Shown piece after piece: positions 27,418-39,700 of a stretch of 64,000 bases of DNA (position 1 is its first letter; the number at the start of each line of letters is the position of its first letter). The translations under genes and the position numbers were made by a program. The stretch is from Eledone cirrhosa (taxonomy: Eukaryota): assembly GCA_964016885.1 (NCBI GenBank), contig OZ024740.1, positions 297,228,001 to 297,292,000 of the forward strand, in the 5' to 3' direction. Below the pieces are notes generated by a model. The model searched no databases, had not been told where the DNA came from, and worked only from the letters and a program-made list of their open reading frames with translations.

Positions 27418-28455
27418 CTCTGGTTGTTTTTTAGACACACGGCATAATGGGTTGCATCCATTTTTTATTATGTTGGCTTGGTAATCTTTTGTTGGCAGAC
27501 ACTGATCTTGTGCTGATATAATCAGTCCTTCAGTCTCCGATTTCACTCCAGAGGATGCCAACCACTGATGGGTTAAAGTTTTGTCAACATCAGGATTGTT
27601 AGCTCTTTCTGGGTATTTTCCCTACAGAGGCTTTTCTTGCCATTTCTTAGCCAGTTTCTGTAGCAGTTCTTTCTTTGCAGTTACTTTTACCTGCTTTGCT
27701 TTTTCTGCGTTTTCATTTCAGCAGTAAATATGGAACTTCTGAAATTTGTAGTCCATTACTGTATCTTTGTGCATCTTTTGTAATGGAGTATGATCTTTTG
27801 ATGCTTTCGTGTTTCAAAACTAGTTTGATCATCCAATTATGTGATTCCCACAGATATGTAGATAATCCAATTGTTGCAGTTTTCAACGCAATGTCTAACT
27901 GGACTAACCCACGTTCTCCTTCTCTTGCACTCTCGTGTCGAATGGGCAGGCCACATCCACAATCAGGCACGATATTTTTTCCTTGTCCAAAACCACCAGG
28001 TCAGGTCTATTGTGTTCCAGTTTCTTGTCCGTCTGTATCCTAAAATCCCACAGCACCTTCACCCGATCGTTTTCTATCACCGACTCTGGCTTATGCTCAT
28101 ACCACTTCTCAGCATGTGGTAAATTGTTTACTTTGCATAGGTGCCAGTGGATCACCCTGCTTATCACATCATGTCTCCAGCCCTTATAGCGAGTCTGGGC
28201 TAGGTGTTTACACTCGGATACAATGTGAGCCACAGTCTCCTCTCTCTCTCCACAGATCCTGCACAGTGGGCTAGTCTCCTCCTTGTAAATATGGTGTTTC
28301 ACCCACTTCGTTTTGAGGGCCTGCTCTTGCGCAGCCATTAGCATTCCTTCTGTAGCCTTTTTAAGGTCTCCTCTTTTCAACCAGTTCCATGTCTGTGGAT
28401 CTCTGAATTCAGTTTTCTCAAAGAAGGGATTTTTAATGAAGGCTGCTCTTTCTCC
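27418..28455 (-). mobile_element. Two adjacent R4/Dong-like non-LTR fragments (CCHC plus restriction-like endonuclease)
   Basis: ETEGLIISAQDQCL..CRV; TEGMLMAAQEQAL..CRIC..ETVAHIVSEC..RHD..WDF.IQTD..NRPDLVV..VDVACP. Confidence 0.85.
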
Positions 28456-28553
<98 letters not shown>

Positions 28554-28761
28554 GGCGACCTACTTAGTAAATCGTATCACCGTGAGCTCCGCAAAGGTTT
28601 GTTATTTTCGTTTGTTAAAAATTGTCATTTATGGAAAATTTTATTGTTAACTGTTTATAAGCGCAAATACATTGTTTTCCGAAAAGGACACCCAAAAAGA
28701 TTGGGGCCTTGTGCCCCAAATTTAAACTTTTATTATTATCAAAAAAATTTCTTTGACAAAA

Positions 28762-30750
28762 ATGGCTAATTCACCTCTGCACCAAACAGCTGAAAGCCTT
28801 CCTCACAAATTAACACCTCACACCGACACCACCATTGTAAATGTTACTACGTTTGCCAACACTAAAAAAAATATAAGCAGTAGCAATATTTTAAATTTGT
28901 CTCAGGCAGACATTCATTTCCCGCCATTACCAATGACTGCAGGTGTTAAAGCCTCCACCACCACCACCACCGCGACAACCCCCACCCCCACCACCACCGC
29001 GACAACAGAAACAAAAGAAGAAAAAAATAAATTAACTCGTGATGTCGAAATGAAATCAAGCAAAATGGACTCTTCCGCACCAAAGACGACTGACGTCACC
29101 ACCACCACAACTGAAACTAAAATTAATATTAACACAAATAACGATAGCAACAACAACAACAATGACATTATAAAACCGACCCTCAGTTTCGCCATAGTAG
29201 CAAAACAGTTCGAAGCATTCACGGTAACTCAGGAGGATTTAGAAAATGCCAAACAAATGGTAAAGAAAGATGGGTACAGGGTCAGCCTCACCCCCCCACC
29301 TAATAAAATGGAGCATCGGCGCCTATGCACCGTGTCGTATAGAACAATAAATGTAAAATCGCGCCGAGTGGAACGGGCATCCGAGTCCCAAATCCAAAAA
29401 GCTTTGGGACATGTGTGGGCAAGAAAAACCCACATCAGATGTGGGCAAAAGTATGGAACCGTGGATGTGTTCTTTGAAACACCAGAGGAGGTTAGAGAAC
29501 ACTCCATGGCCCCATTAAAAAGTGACGACTTCACACTCGTCCCAAGCTATTGTGGCCAGAGACTCGTAAAGATCAGGGTGACCCACGTTCCACCGGCCAT
29601 CGAAATTCCCTGGCTAATAGCGGCTGCCCTCGCCGGCATCGAAGCCAACACGAAAATAATAGCAATAGCAAAAGAAAAGCAGGAAAACTGGTCCGGATCT
29701 GGGATGGAGCTCCTGATCCAAGCGGACCAAAAAAGCATTGAGGAGATCCCAGAGGTAATAGACCTCACTGACGGCAGCCACCTCACGGTAATTGTCGAGG
29801 GCAGAAGACCTAGGTGTGTCGTTTGTGGTGAAGGAACCCACCTAAGGGCTTTCTGCCCTCAGGCTAAAAGGTTGAGGCCACCTCTCCTACCCACCCCAGT
29901 GACACAACCATCAACACCACCAGTAGCAGAGATGGCAGCAACAACTGTAGCAGCAACAACAGAAGCAACTATAACAGCAACAACCCCAGCAACAGTAGCA
30001 AAACCAACACCACTACCACCACCAGCAAAACCAACACCACCACCACCCAACGCTTCAGAACTAGCACCAGCGCCTACACCATCCACCACACCACAACCAA
30101 AACTAACGGCTGTGGAGGATTTTCCACTCCCCGGCCTATCACAACTGGAGACAGATTGTGACGACGAGGAGTGGGAAACGATATTCGGAAAAAAAAAAGA
30201 AACCAAAAAAGAAAAAATTCTCTTCCTTCCCCCTCCAAAAACAAAATACAGAGGGAAACAAATAAATTAAGAAACAAAAAAGTTAGGACAGACATGCCAC
30301 CATCCACACCAGCATCACCAACTCCATCAACCCAAACACCAACACCATCACCATCATTAACCCCATCACCACCACCACCTACACCACAAAAGTCACCAAA
30401 ATGCGAAACAGAAACAAACCCACAACAAACGCAAACAAAACAACCGAAACGATACACACTACACAGCATTAAATTTGAACAACAACCAATTATTACACTA
30501 CATCCAACACAACACCAGCATCACAGAAAAAGACTACACAACAACCCCAAAATCCACACCACCTCCACACATACAAATCACTCGCATCACACAGAAAACG
30601 TACATGACACTAAAACAAAAATTCCCCAAAGACATCGGAGACTTCCGACAAGCACTCTCCAGGAGGATTTATAAGGACATCCTTCCTGAGGAGGCCACAA
30701 GCAGTGAAAAGGATGGAGAAACCGTCCTTCCTCTACGAAAAGTAAGGTAA
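28762..30750 (+). pseudogene. Tx1 ORF1 (Gag-like, CCHC zinc knuckle), frameshifted near its C-terminus
   Basis: CVVCGEGTHLRAFC; Pro/Thr-rich linker; C-terminal block shared with copies D and E. Confidence 0.85.
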
Positions 30751-30784
30751 GTGGTCTTTCCCACCTTTTCCACTCCATGTCAAC

Positions 30785-33449
30785 ATGACCTCACTCAGAA
30801 TAGGCAGCATAAATGCGCGTGGATTGGGGTCGTCATGGAAGCAGGGCCACCTGCTCAACGACCTCAGGTCACTAAACATAGATGTAGTGGCCATCAGCGA
30901 GACCAGAATCTCTGAAGCTCGGGCCTTCGCACCGATCTTCGGCGGCTACGATGTGTACGCATCTCCCAGCCGTCCGGGATCGGGGGGAGGAGTTGCTGTG
31001 CTTTTTCGGAGAGGTTTGGATCTTGCCATACGGGCCATCTTCCTGGACCCAGAAGGTAAGTTGGTGGTGCTGGACGTGACCAGCGGAGACAGGCAAGCTT
31101 TCAGGTTAGTGGCCGTCTATGCCCCGACAGGAGCAGGGCGGCCTGATTTCTTCCGGCGTCTGGAGACCTTTCTTGGAACGTCCCGCTCTTTAGTGTTAGT
31201 GGGCAACTGGAACGGGATCTTAGATGCACGCTGGGACTGTGTGGGATTAGCGGATAGGGGTGGAGGGTGCAAGAGCCTCACCAACCTGCTCAGGCGTTTT
31301 GAACTGTCTGACAGGTACCGAATGGATTTCCCGAATGTACCAATGTGGACTTGGACAAATCGCATAGGGTCATCCAGATCATATCTAAATAGAGTATTTT
31401 GTCGAGAAATAGATAAGTCTAGCATAGGCTGTCCACAATTCAAGATAGTCAGCTACACGGACCACAAATTCGTGATCTGTGTACTTGACTTAGATAGGCT
31501 TCATAGACGAGGACCCGGCTACTGGAAGCTAAACGCGTCATTAACAGCGCGCAAGGCCTACAGTGACCGGATTAGCGAACTAGTTAAGCGGGCGTTGACT
31601 GGAGCCATCGTCAACAACAAGTGGTGGTTTGCTCTGAAAAGAGCGATTAGAATAGACTCCATTAGGTTTAGTAAGGCTTTAGCAATAGAGAAAAATAGAG
31701 CAGAGGGAGAATTAGTTAGAAAATTAGACGAGACGCTTAGCAAAGGCATCGCGACCGACGTACTTGCAGCGAAATTGGCCCTTGACCAATTCTTCAATGC
31801 AAAGCACGAAGGCTGCGTTGTCAGAGCTAGGGTGCGTGCTCTCAGACACGAGTGGACGAAAGCCGTTCAATGGGCCCGAGTGGCGGAGGCGCGTCGTAGC
31901 AACAAAACCACGATCCGCTATTTGCTGGACCCCGACGAGCGCATGCTACTCGATCCCGGGCAAATGTGTAAAGCTTTTCAGCGACAGTTCGCTCAGCTGT
32001 TCGGGGGCAGCGGCGCGCCAGATCGAGGGATGGACTTTAGTGTCTACCTCGACGGACTGCCGCGGCTCTCGGCCACTGAGGCGGAGTGTTGCGAAAAGCC
32101 GATAACAGCAGATGAAGTACAGGAGGTAATGACTGGCTGCACAAGGGGTAAATCGCCTGGTTTAGATGGTCTGCCCTATGAACTTTACGTACAGATACCA
32201 GACTTGTTCGGAGGCCTCTTGGCGGACGTCTACTGCAACTGGCAACAGAACGGGAGAATTCCCAGCTCTGTGAGCCGAGGAGCGGTGGCGCTGCTGAGAA
32301 AGGATCCGAACAAGGGGGATAACATAGATAATTTTAGGCCCATAACCCTGCTAAACACAGAGTTCAAGATTTTGGCCAAGGTGTTAGCAAAGAGGTTGGC
32401 GCTTGTCGTTGGAGGTCTGGTGGGAGAGGCGTAGACATGCGCCATTCCAAACAGATCCATTCACGACAACGTCCACCTCATGCGATACATCGTGGAGAGG
32501 GTAGCTAGGGAACCAGGCACGGGTGGGTCCTTGATCAATTTAGATCAGTCGAAAGCTTTCGATAGGGTCGACCATCGTTATCTAGCGGCAATCCTGAGGG
32601 CGGCTGGCTTTGGGCCTGTCATCAGAGGCTGGATCGCTGCCATGCACAGCGACATCTGCTCTCTGGTGAGAGTGAACGGTCACCTTTCGGAACCGTTCAA
32701 CGTCATGCGCTCGGTCTGCCAAGGATGTCCCCTCTCATCCCCCCTTGTAGGTATTTACTCTCGAGCCATTACTGCACAAACTGGAGACGTTGAGGGGGGT
32801 CCCGCGCGAACTAGGATGCGGAAGATCCGTGTCAGCTTATGCGGACGATGTCACCGTAGTGGTGTCGAACGCCAAACACATCGAGGCGATCGGCACCACA
32901 CTAAGAGAATACGAAGCGGTGACAGGAGCAATGATCAACCAGGAAAAGTCGTTGGGCCTGCAGCTCGGCACCTGGAGAGGCAGGTCCATGCCATCCAACA
33001 GCGCCGTCGGGCGCTGGACGGACGGACCGGTTAAATTGCTAAGTGTCTGGTTCGGTCCGGACCTCCAGACGGACAAAAACTGGGACGAGGTGACGAGCAG
33101 GGTGGCTTCTCTCACCCAGAAATGGGCAGAGAGGAAGCTATCCCTGAAAGGTCGAGCGGAAGTGGCGAATGCGTACATCGCGTCCGTCATCTACTACTGC
33201 CTGACCGTCGGTGTGGTCGCCGTTTGCTACACGCGTCTTTTCCCAGCTCGTCTCCTTGACAGAGTTGCAGTCCTGGGTCAAGCGAAGACCGAGAGGGAGC
33301 GCTTGGAGACTGGAATGTCTTCAGGCGCTCACGGCCCTCGTCCAGTCGGTCAATGTGATAGGTGGAAACTCCACCTTGGCGTTCTATAGAGAATTAGTGG
33401 AGGGGAAGAGCGACGACATACTTGATGAAATTCTAGGCGTCGACGAAAA
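30785..33449 (+). pseudogene. Tx1 ORF2 (AP endonuclease plus reverse transcriptase), disrupted
   Basis: SINARGL, ISET, VYAP, TDHK, GYWKLN, KSPGLDG, FRPITLLN, DQSKAFDRVDH, QGCPLS, AYADD; stop at 32432 and later frameshifts. Confidence 0.92.
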
Positions 33450-33844
33450 TAATCCGGAACTGATTATACAGAGCGATTTCCGGTCCAGCAAAAATTAGGT
33501 ATTCGGATTATTACTGGTAGAGCACTGATAAGCTTTTCTCCTCCTTTAGTCCTCACCAGTGTTCCCTTAATCTCTCTCTTATGTTTTATACAAGGAGAGA
33601 CGGGCTGTATTTCTTTGTATGTCGCTGTCTGGCGTCTGCATCGTCCCTCTGCACTTCGTATTCTATAGACTACATTTCTAGTTTTGCAAGACATGAAATG
33701 TACTGACAATACACACCCAGGAACACAAACAAAAAACACACTAGCAACAACAACAACACATACGCAGCCAGGACCACCAACATCAATGGCAATAACAATA
33801 GGAATAATAACAATAGCAACCTCAAACAATAAGGACAAAAAAAA

Positions 33845-34045
33845 ATAAATAATAATAATTGTTTCTACGTTAGGCACAAGGCCAGCAATTACCCAGTGCA
33901 TTACTGATACTTTATTTTATCGACCCCGTAAGTATGAAAGGCAAAGTCAACCTCAGCGGGATTTGAACTCAGATCGTAAAGGGACGTAACTATGCTGGAA
34001 AGCATGGCGTCTGACCCTCTACCGATACTGCCAATCTACCGCCCT
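33845..34045 (-). mobile_element. tRNA-derived SINE (family 1)
   Basis: Full head and tail; (AAT)n on both sides. Confidence 0.88.
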
Positions 34046-34069
34046 GAAAAAAAAAATAAGAAGAATAAT

Positions 34070-36725
34070 AATGCTTTATTTATTAACCACAAGGGTTTAC
34101 ATAAAGTATACATTAAGGACAGTACAGGACAATATAGGACGGTACAAATGGGCATTTCTGCGTGTAAAAATCAAAAACAGAGGATGTAACAAAAAAATAA
34201 CAATAGGGGGGAGACTTCCGAGGGACATTCGTTGAGAAAGCCCATTAAAAAAAGTCACAGTGACCCTGACCAACAGGGCAAGTGCCATCTCCCAGTTTTC
34301 CACCTTCAATTTACAGGCACATACTCAGACGGGCAATTCTTGCCTCTCTCACCTATCTTTCAACAAAATGCTGGGAAGAGAGCGCTTCCCTCTCTACCCT
34401 GATTTTCCTTTTTAAATGAAATTTGAAAAAGTTAATCAGGGCATCACCGAAGAGGTAAGTGCTCGTCTTCAGCCCTTTCAAACGTGTCCACCATACTATC
34501 TCTTTCGCCATGGCCACCAGACAGATAAATATTGCCTGCCCTTCCCGGCTAAAGGAAGAGGGCGGTGCAATCCTCACGATGGACTCAGATGGTAGCTGGA
34601 TCCGTCCTACACGCGACAGCGGGTGTTCGACATAAACCCACAAGTCAGCAATGCTCGGACACTGGACGAGTGCGTGCAGGACGGTTTCGTTGCCCTGCGC
34701 GCATCTCGGACATGCCCTGCTGACGGCACCACCATGCCTGTAGAGTTTTTCCCGAACTGGCAAAGTTCCTCGGTAGCAATGCCAGGGATTTCTGGAAACT
34801 GTCCATAGGCCCCGGCCCGAAAGTTCTTCCGAAGAGATTGGCTAGTTGATTTTCGTCGACGCCTAGAGTTTCATCAAGTACGTCATCGCTCTTCTCCTCC
34901 ACTAATCCTCTATAGAACGCCAAGGTGGAGTTTCCACCGATCACATTGCCGGATGGTCGAGGGTTGTGAGCGCCTGAAGACATTCCAGTCGCCAAGCGCT
35001 CCCTCTCGGTCTTCGCTTGAACCAGGACTGCAGCTCCGTCAAGGAGACGAGCTGAGGAAAGACGCGTCTAGCCAACGGCGACCACAACTGATCACCTTCG
35101 AGGAAGAGGTGGAGATGTCGTAGCCTGCGCGCGTGTCTGCCACGGCATGCCCAGCCCTCCACGTAGCGGGTGTTGACAGTAGATGGACTGCCTGACCATC
35201 GGAGCGCATACTTTCCACAAAAAGTGAAAGAGCAAACGCTCCAGTGCAGTCAGGCGGGGCTTAGGACAAGGTACGACGGTCAGGCGGTTGTAGATGACGG
35301 ACGCGATGTACGCGTTAGCCACCTCCGCTCGACCTTTCAGGGATAGCTTCCTCTCCGCCCATTTCTGGGTGAGAGAAGCCACCCTGCTCGTCACCTCGTC
35401 CCAGTTTTTGTCCGTCTGGATATCCGGACCGAACCAGATCCCTAGCAATTTAACCGGTCCGTCCGTCCAGCGCCCGACGACGCCGTTGGACGGCATGGAC
35501 CTTCCTCTCCAGGTGCCGAGCTGCAGGCCCACTGACTTTTCCTGGTTGATCATTGCTCCTGTCACCGCTTCGTATCTCTTAGTGTAGTGCCGATCGCCTC
35601 GATGTGTTTGGCGTTCGACGCCACTACGAAGACATCGTCCGCATATACTGACACGGATCTTCCGCATCCTAGTTCGCCGGGACCCCCCTCAACGTCTCCA
35701 GTTTGTGCAGTAATGGCTCGAGAGTCAATACGTACAAGAAGCACGAGAGGGGACATCCTTGGGGGACCTAGCGCATGATGTTGAACGGTTCCGAAAGGTG
35801 ACCGTTCACACTCACCACAGAGCAGATGTCGCTGTGCATGGCAGCGATCCAGCCTCTGAAGACGGGCCCAAAGCTAGCCGCCTTCAGAACTGCCGCTAGG
35901 TAACGATGGTCGACCCTATCGAAAGCTTTCGATTGATCTAAATTGATCAAGGACCCACCCGTGCCAGGTTCCCTAGCTACCCTCTCTACGATGTATCGCA
36001 TGAGGTGGAGGTTGTCGTGGATGGATCTGTCGGGAATGGCGCATGTCTGCGCCTCTCCTCTGCTCACAGAGCTGGGAATTCTCCCGTTCTGTTGCCAGTT
36101 GCAGTAGACGTCCGCCAAGAGGCCTCCGAACAAGTCTGGTATCTGTACGTAAAGATCATAGGGCAGACCATCCAAACCAGGCGATTTACCCCTTGTGCAG
36201 CCAGTCATTGCCTCCCGTACTCCAGCGGCTGTTATCGGCTTTTCGCAACACTCCGCCTCAGTGGCCGAGAGCCGCGGCAGTCCGTCGAGGTAGACACTAA
36301 AGTCCATCGCTCGATCCGCTCCGCCGCTGCCCCCGAACATTTGAGCGAAGTGTCGCTGAAAAGCTTCACACATTTGCCCGGGATCGAGTAGCATGCCTCC
36401 GTCGTGGTCCACCAAAGACCTGATCGTGGCTTTGTTGCCACGACGCCCTTCCGCCACTCGGGCCCATTGAACGGCTTTCGTCCACTCGTGTCTGAGAGCA
36501 CGCACCCTAGCTCTGACAACGCAGCCTTCGTGCTTTGCTTTGAAGAATTGGTCAAATGCCAATTTCGCCGCACGTACGTCGGTCGCGATGCCTTTGCTAA
36601 GCGCCTCGTCTAACTTTCTAACTAATTCTCCCTCTGCTCTATTTTTCTCTATAGCTAAAGCCTTACTAAACCTAATGGACTCTATTCTAATCGCTCTTTT
36701 CAGAGCAAACCACCACTTGTTGTTA
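34070..36725 (-). mobile_element. Tx1 LINE copy B (3' half of ORF2 plus 3' UTR)
   Basis: RT motifs, C-terminal CPRC..ETVLHALVQC zinc finger, AATAAA and (ATT)n end. Confidence 0.9.
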
Positions 36726-39700
36726 GCGACAACACCAACAGCATCAATACCAACTGCACCGAGAACAACGGCGGCACCAAAGACAACAATGATAACAGCG
36801 ACAGTGATAACAACAACACCAACAAAACAACGACAACAACAACAACACGACCAACGATAAGAAGAACACTTTCGCTGCGGCAGCAGCAAAAAGAGGCCAT
36901 GCTTTAACATGGACCTCTCAAACAAAGATGAAAAGTTGGCCCATGTCTGGAAGCTCATCAAGCAAGAGCAAACCTGGGCCAACTTAACTGTCCCGGTAGA
37001 AGCTATTGAGGCAGTGGAGCGCAGAACGGTGCATTATAGATGCATCTCAGCACAAACCAAAAGGGCAGCTTTAATTCCACAAGCAGATGTTGAAGTCGCG
37101 CTGAGGTGCATCAGAGATGACACCGAATACATAGAGAGGGGCAGACAGTACGGCACGATTTCGGTGCTCTTCAAGTCAGAAGCCGACGCTATGAAACACG
37201 CTATGCTCCTTGCAAAACCAGCAAGGTCATAATGTACCCCTCCCACATAAGAAAAAGAACGGCCCGTCTCCGCATTCCAAGAATCGCACCAGGACTTGAC
37301 ATGTGGTGGCTTCTGGGATGTGTGATTGTGGAGGGGATGGATACCGTCCCGATAGAAGTGACTAGAACGGCCAGAGAGGACTGGTCCGGGGTTGAAATGG
37401 AGATACTTCTCCAGATCAGGCCCGAGAATGTAAAGACAATCCCGGACCACATCCGCCTTCAGAATGGGACGGTTATTCATATTATGACCGAGGGCAAAAA
37501 GTCGCATTGTTTTGTTTGTGGGGAAAAAACCCATTTGCGAGCCTTCTGCCCTCAACTGCTGAAAGATGCAAGGGGTCGAAGGGCTCCACTGCTGCCGACT
37601 CCGGGGCGAGGATCACAACTAACACTAGCACCGACAAAACCACCAACAACACCAATAGAAAGACCACCACCAACATTGACCACCCAGGGGGGAAACGAGG
37701 AAAGTTGTCAAATTCCCCCTCCCCCCAAAATACACATATCAATAAAAACATAAACACAAACACAGACACACTTACAGACACAGACCCCTCATCTACCAGT
37801 AGTGAAGATGAGGGAAAACCCAAATTCCCCAAAATACAAAAAAGGAAACAAAAAGGAAAAAAAAACTCAACAAAGCACAAAATCACCCACAACAAAAAAA
37901 TGCAGACACCACCCACGAAAACATCTCGCCAATAACACCAACATCAACACCACCATCACCATCACCAGAATCCCCCAAACGCAAACAACCTAAACAGACG
38001 CTAGAACAAATACACACACAAACATCTGAAACCACAGACACCGCACTCACAACACACAGACACAATCGAAACAACACCACCAAAACCATCACCACCACAG
38101 CCACGCAAACTAATAAAATGACACCAACAAAACATACAAAACTTTGTGCTTGTCAGGAGGGCCAACAAGGAACTGATGGCCCTCGTAGCACGAAGTGAAA
38201 ATATACAAAAAGAGGGGGAAATTTTTAAATCGAGCACATTTCGCGTGCCGGAAGATTTGTTTCTGGTGTGAATGTCGCTCGATTTATACAAAGAGATAGG
38301 AGACAACTTTCCTCGGGACGTGGGAAACCCGAACGTAAAACCCACTTCAAGACTTTTAAATGGGTTCCCAAAAGAAACCCCACCAACTATGGAGGTCGAA
38401 CCACCCGACCTTCACAAGAGCCCGGAAGATAAGTAAACCTTTCCTCTCTCTCTTTTAACCTGGCAACATGGCCGTATTAAGAGTAGGAAGTTTAAATGTT
38501 CGAGGCCTGGGATCGTCCTGGGAGCAGAGTCACCTACTCAACGACCTCAGGTCTCTAGAAATGGATGTAATTGCCGTCAGCGAGGCCAGGATTTCCGACA
38601 CGCGCGCACTAGCCCCCATTTTCGACGACTATCAGATCTTTGCATCTGTTAATCGGCCGGGAATGGGAGGCGGGGTGGCAGTGCTATTTAGGAAAGGTCG
38701 ATCTTCCGGGACCCGGACGGGAAGTTGGTGGTCCTGGACGGGAAGTTGGTGGTCCTGCCTTTAGACTGGTGGCCCACTTTTCCCCTACTGGGGCAGGACG
38801 GCCGGACTTCTTTAGACGCCTGGAAGCCTTTCTGGGTACGTCTCGCCCTTTATTGTTAGCGGGGGACTGGAACGGCATCTTAGACGCACGCTGGGACTGT
38901 GTGGGAGTGTCCGATAGGAGGGGGGGGGGTGCAAAAGCCTCAAGAACCTGATCAGCCAGTTCCAACTGTCTGACAGGTACCGACTAGATTTCCCTAATGC
39001 GCCAGTGTGGACCGGGACTAACCGCATAGGGTCATCTAGATCGTATATAGACAGGATATTCATTAGGAAAATAGACAGAAATAGTGTAAGCTGTCCAGGT
39101 TTTAAAACGGTCGCCTATTCAGATCACAAGTTTGTGATCTGTGTGGTCCACCTAGATAAGACGCGTAGGTTAGGACCGGGTTACTGGAAGCTAAACATGT
39201 CATTTCCGGCACGTAAGGCTTACAGGGACCAGGTCAACAATTTAGTTAAGAAAAAGTTGACAGTGGGAGTCGTCAACAATAGATGGGGGGGGGGGGGGGG
39301 CTCTCAAAAGAGAGATTAGAATAATGTCGATAGAATTTGACAAAGAGGTAGCGTTAGAGAAAAATAGAAAGGAGGCGGAATTGGTAGATAAGTTAGACGA
39401 GGCTATTGGTAGTGGCATTGCAACTAACGTGCTAGCGACGAGAATGGCATTAGACCATTTCTTCAATTGAAACACGAAGGTTGCATTGTGAGAGCTAAGG
39501 CGCGTGCTCTGAGAAACGAGGGAACCAAAGCTGTTGGATGGGCCCGCGTGGCAGAGGCGCAGTGTGGTAATAAAACCACGATTCAGTCCTTGACGGACCG
39601 AGACGGGCACGAGCTGAGCGATTCCAAGCGGATATGTGAGGACTTTCGCCAACATTTTGCTCGGTTGTTCGAGGGAAGTGGCGGGTCAGAGACGGTGGCG

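Larger units (their letters stand above)
28554..33449 (+). mobile_element. Tx1/L1-clade LINE copy A (5' end intact, 3' end truncated)
   Basis: Starts right after ~95 bp of (TAT)n; ORF1 with CX2CX4HX4C knuckle; ORF2 APE plus RT. Confidence 0.93.
33450..36725. repeat. Direct segmental duplicate of ~48242-51610 (PLE fragment, SINE and Tx1 copy B on the minus strand)
   Basis: Same order and same junctions starting ATAATCCGGAACTGATTATACAGAG; near-identical sequence. Confidence 0.9.

Noticed and set aside
31201-31215. APE catalytic GDWN changed to GNWN in Tx1 copies A, D and E, as a sign of an endonuclease-dead lineage
   Set aside because: GGCGAC to GGCAAC is a CpG transition that can recur after insertion, and copy C keeps GDWN
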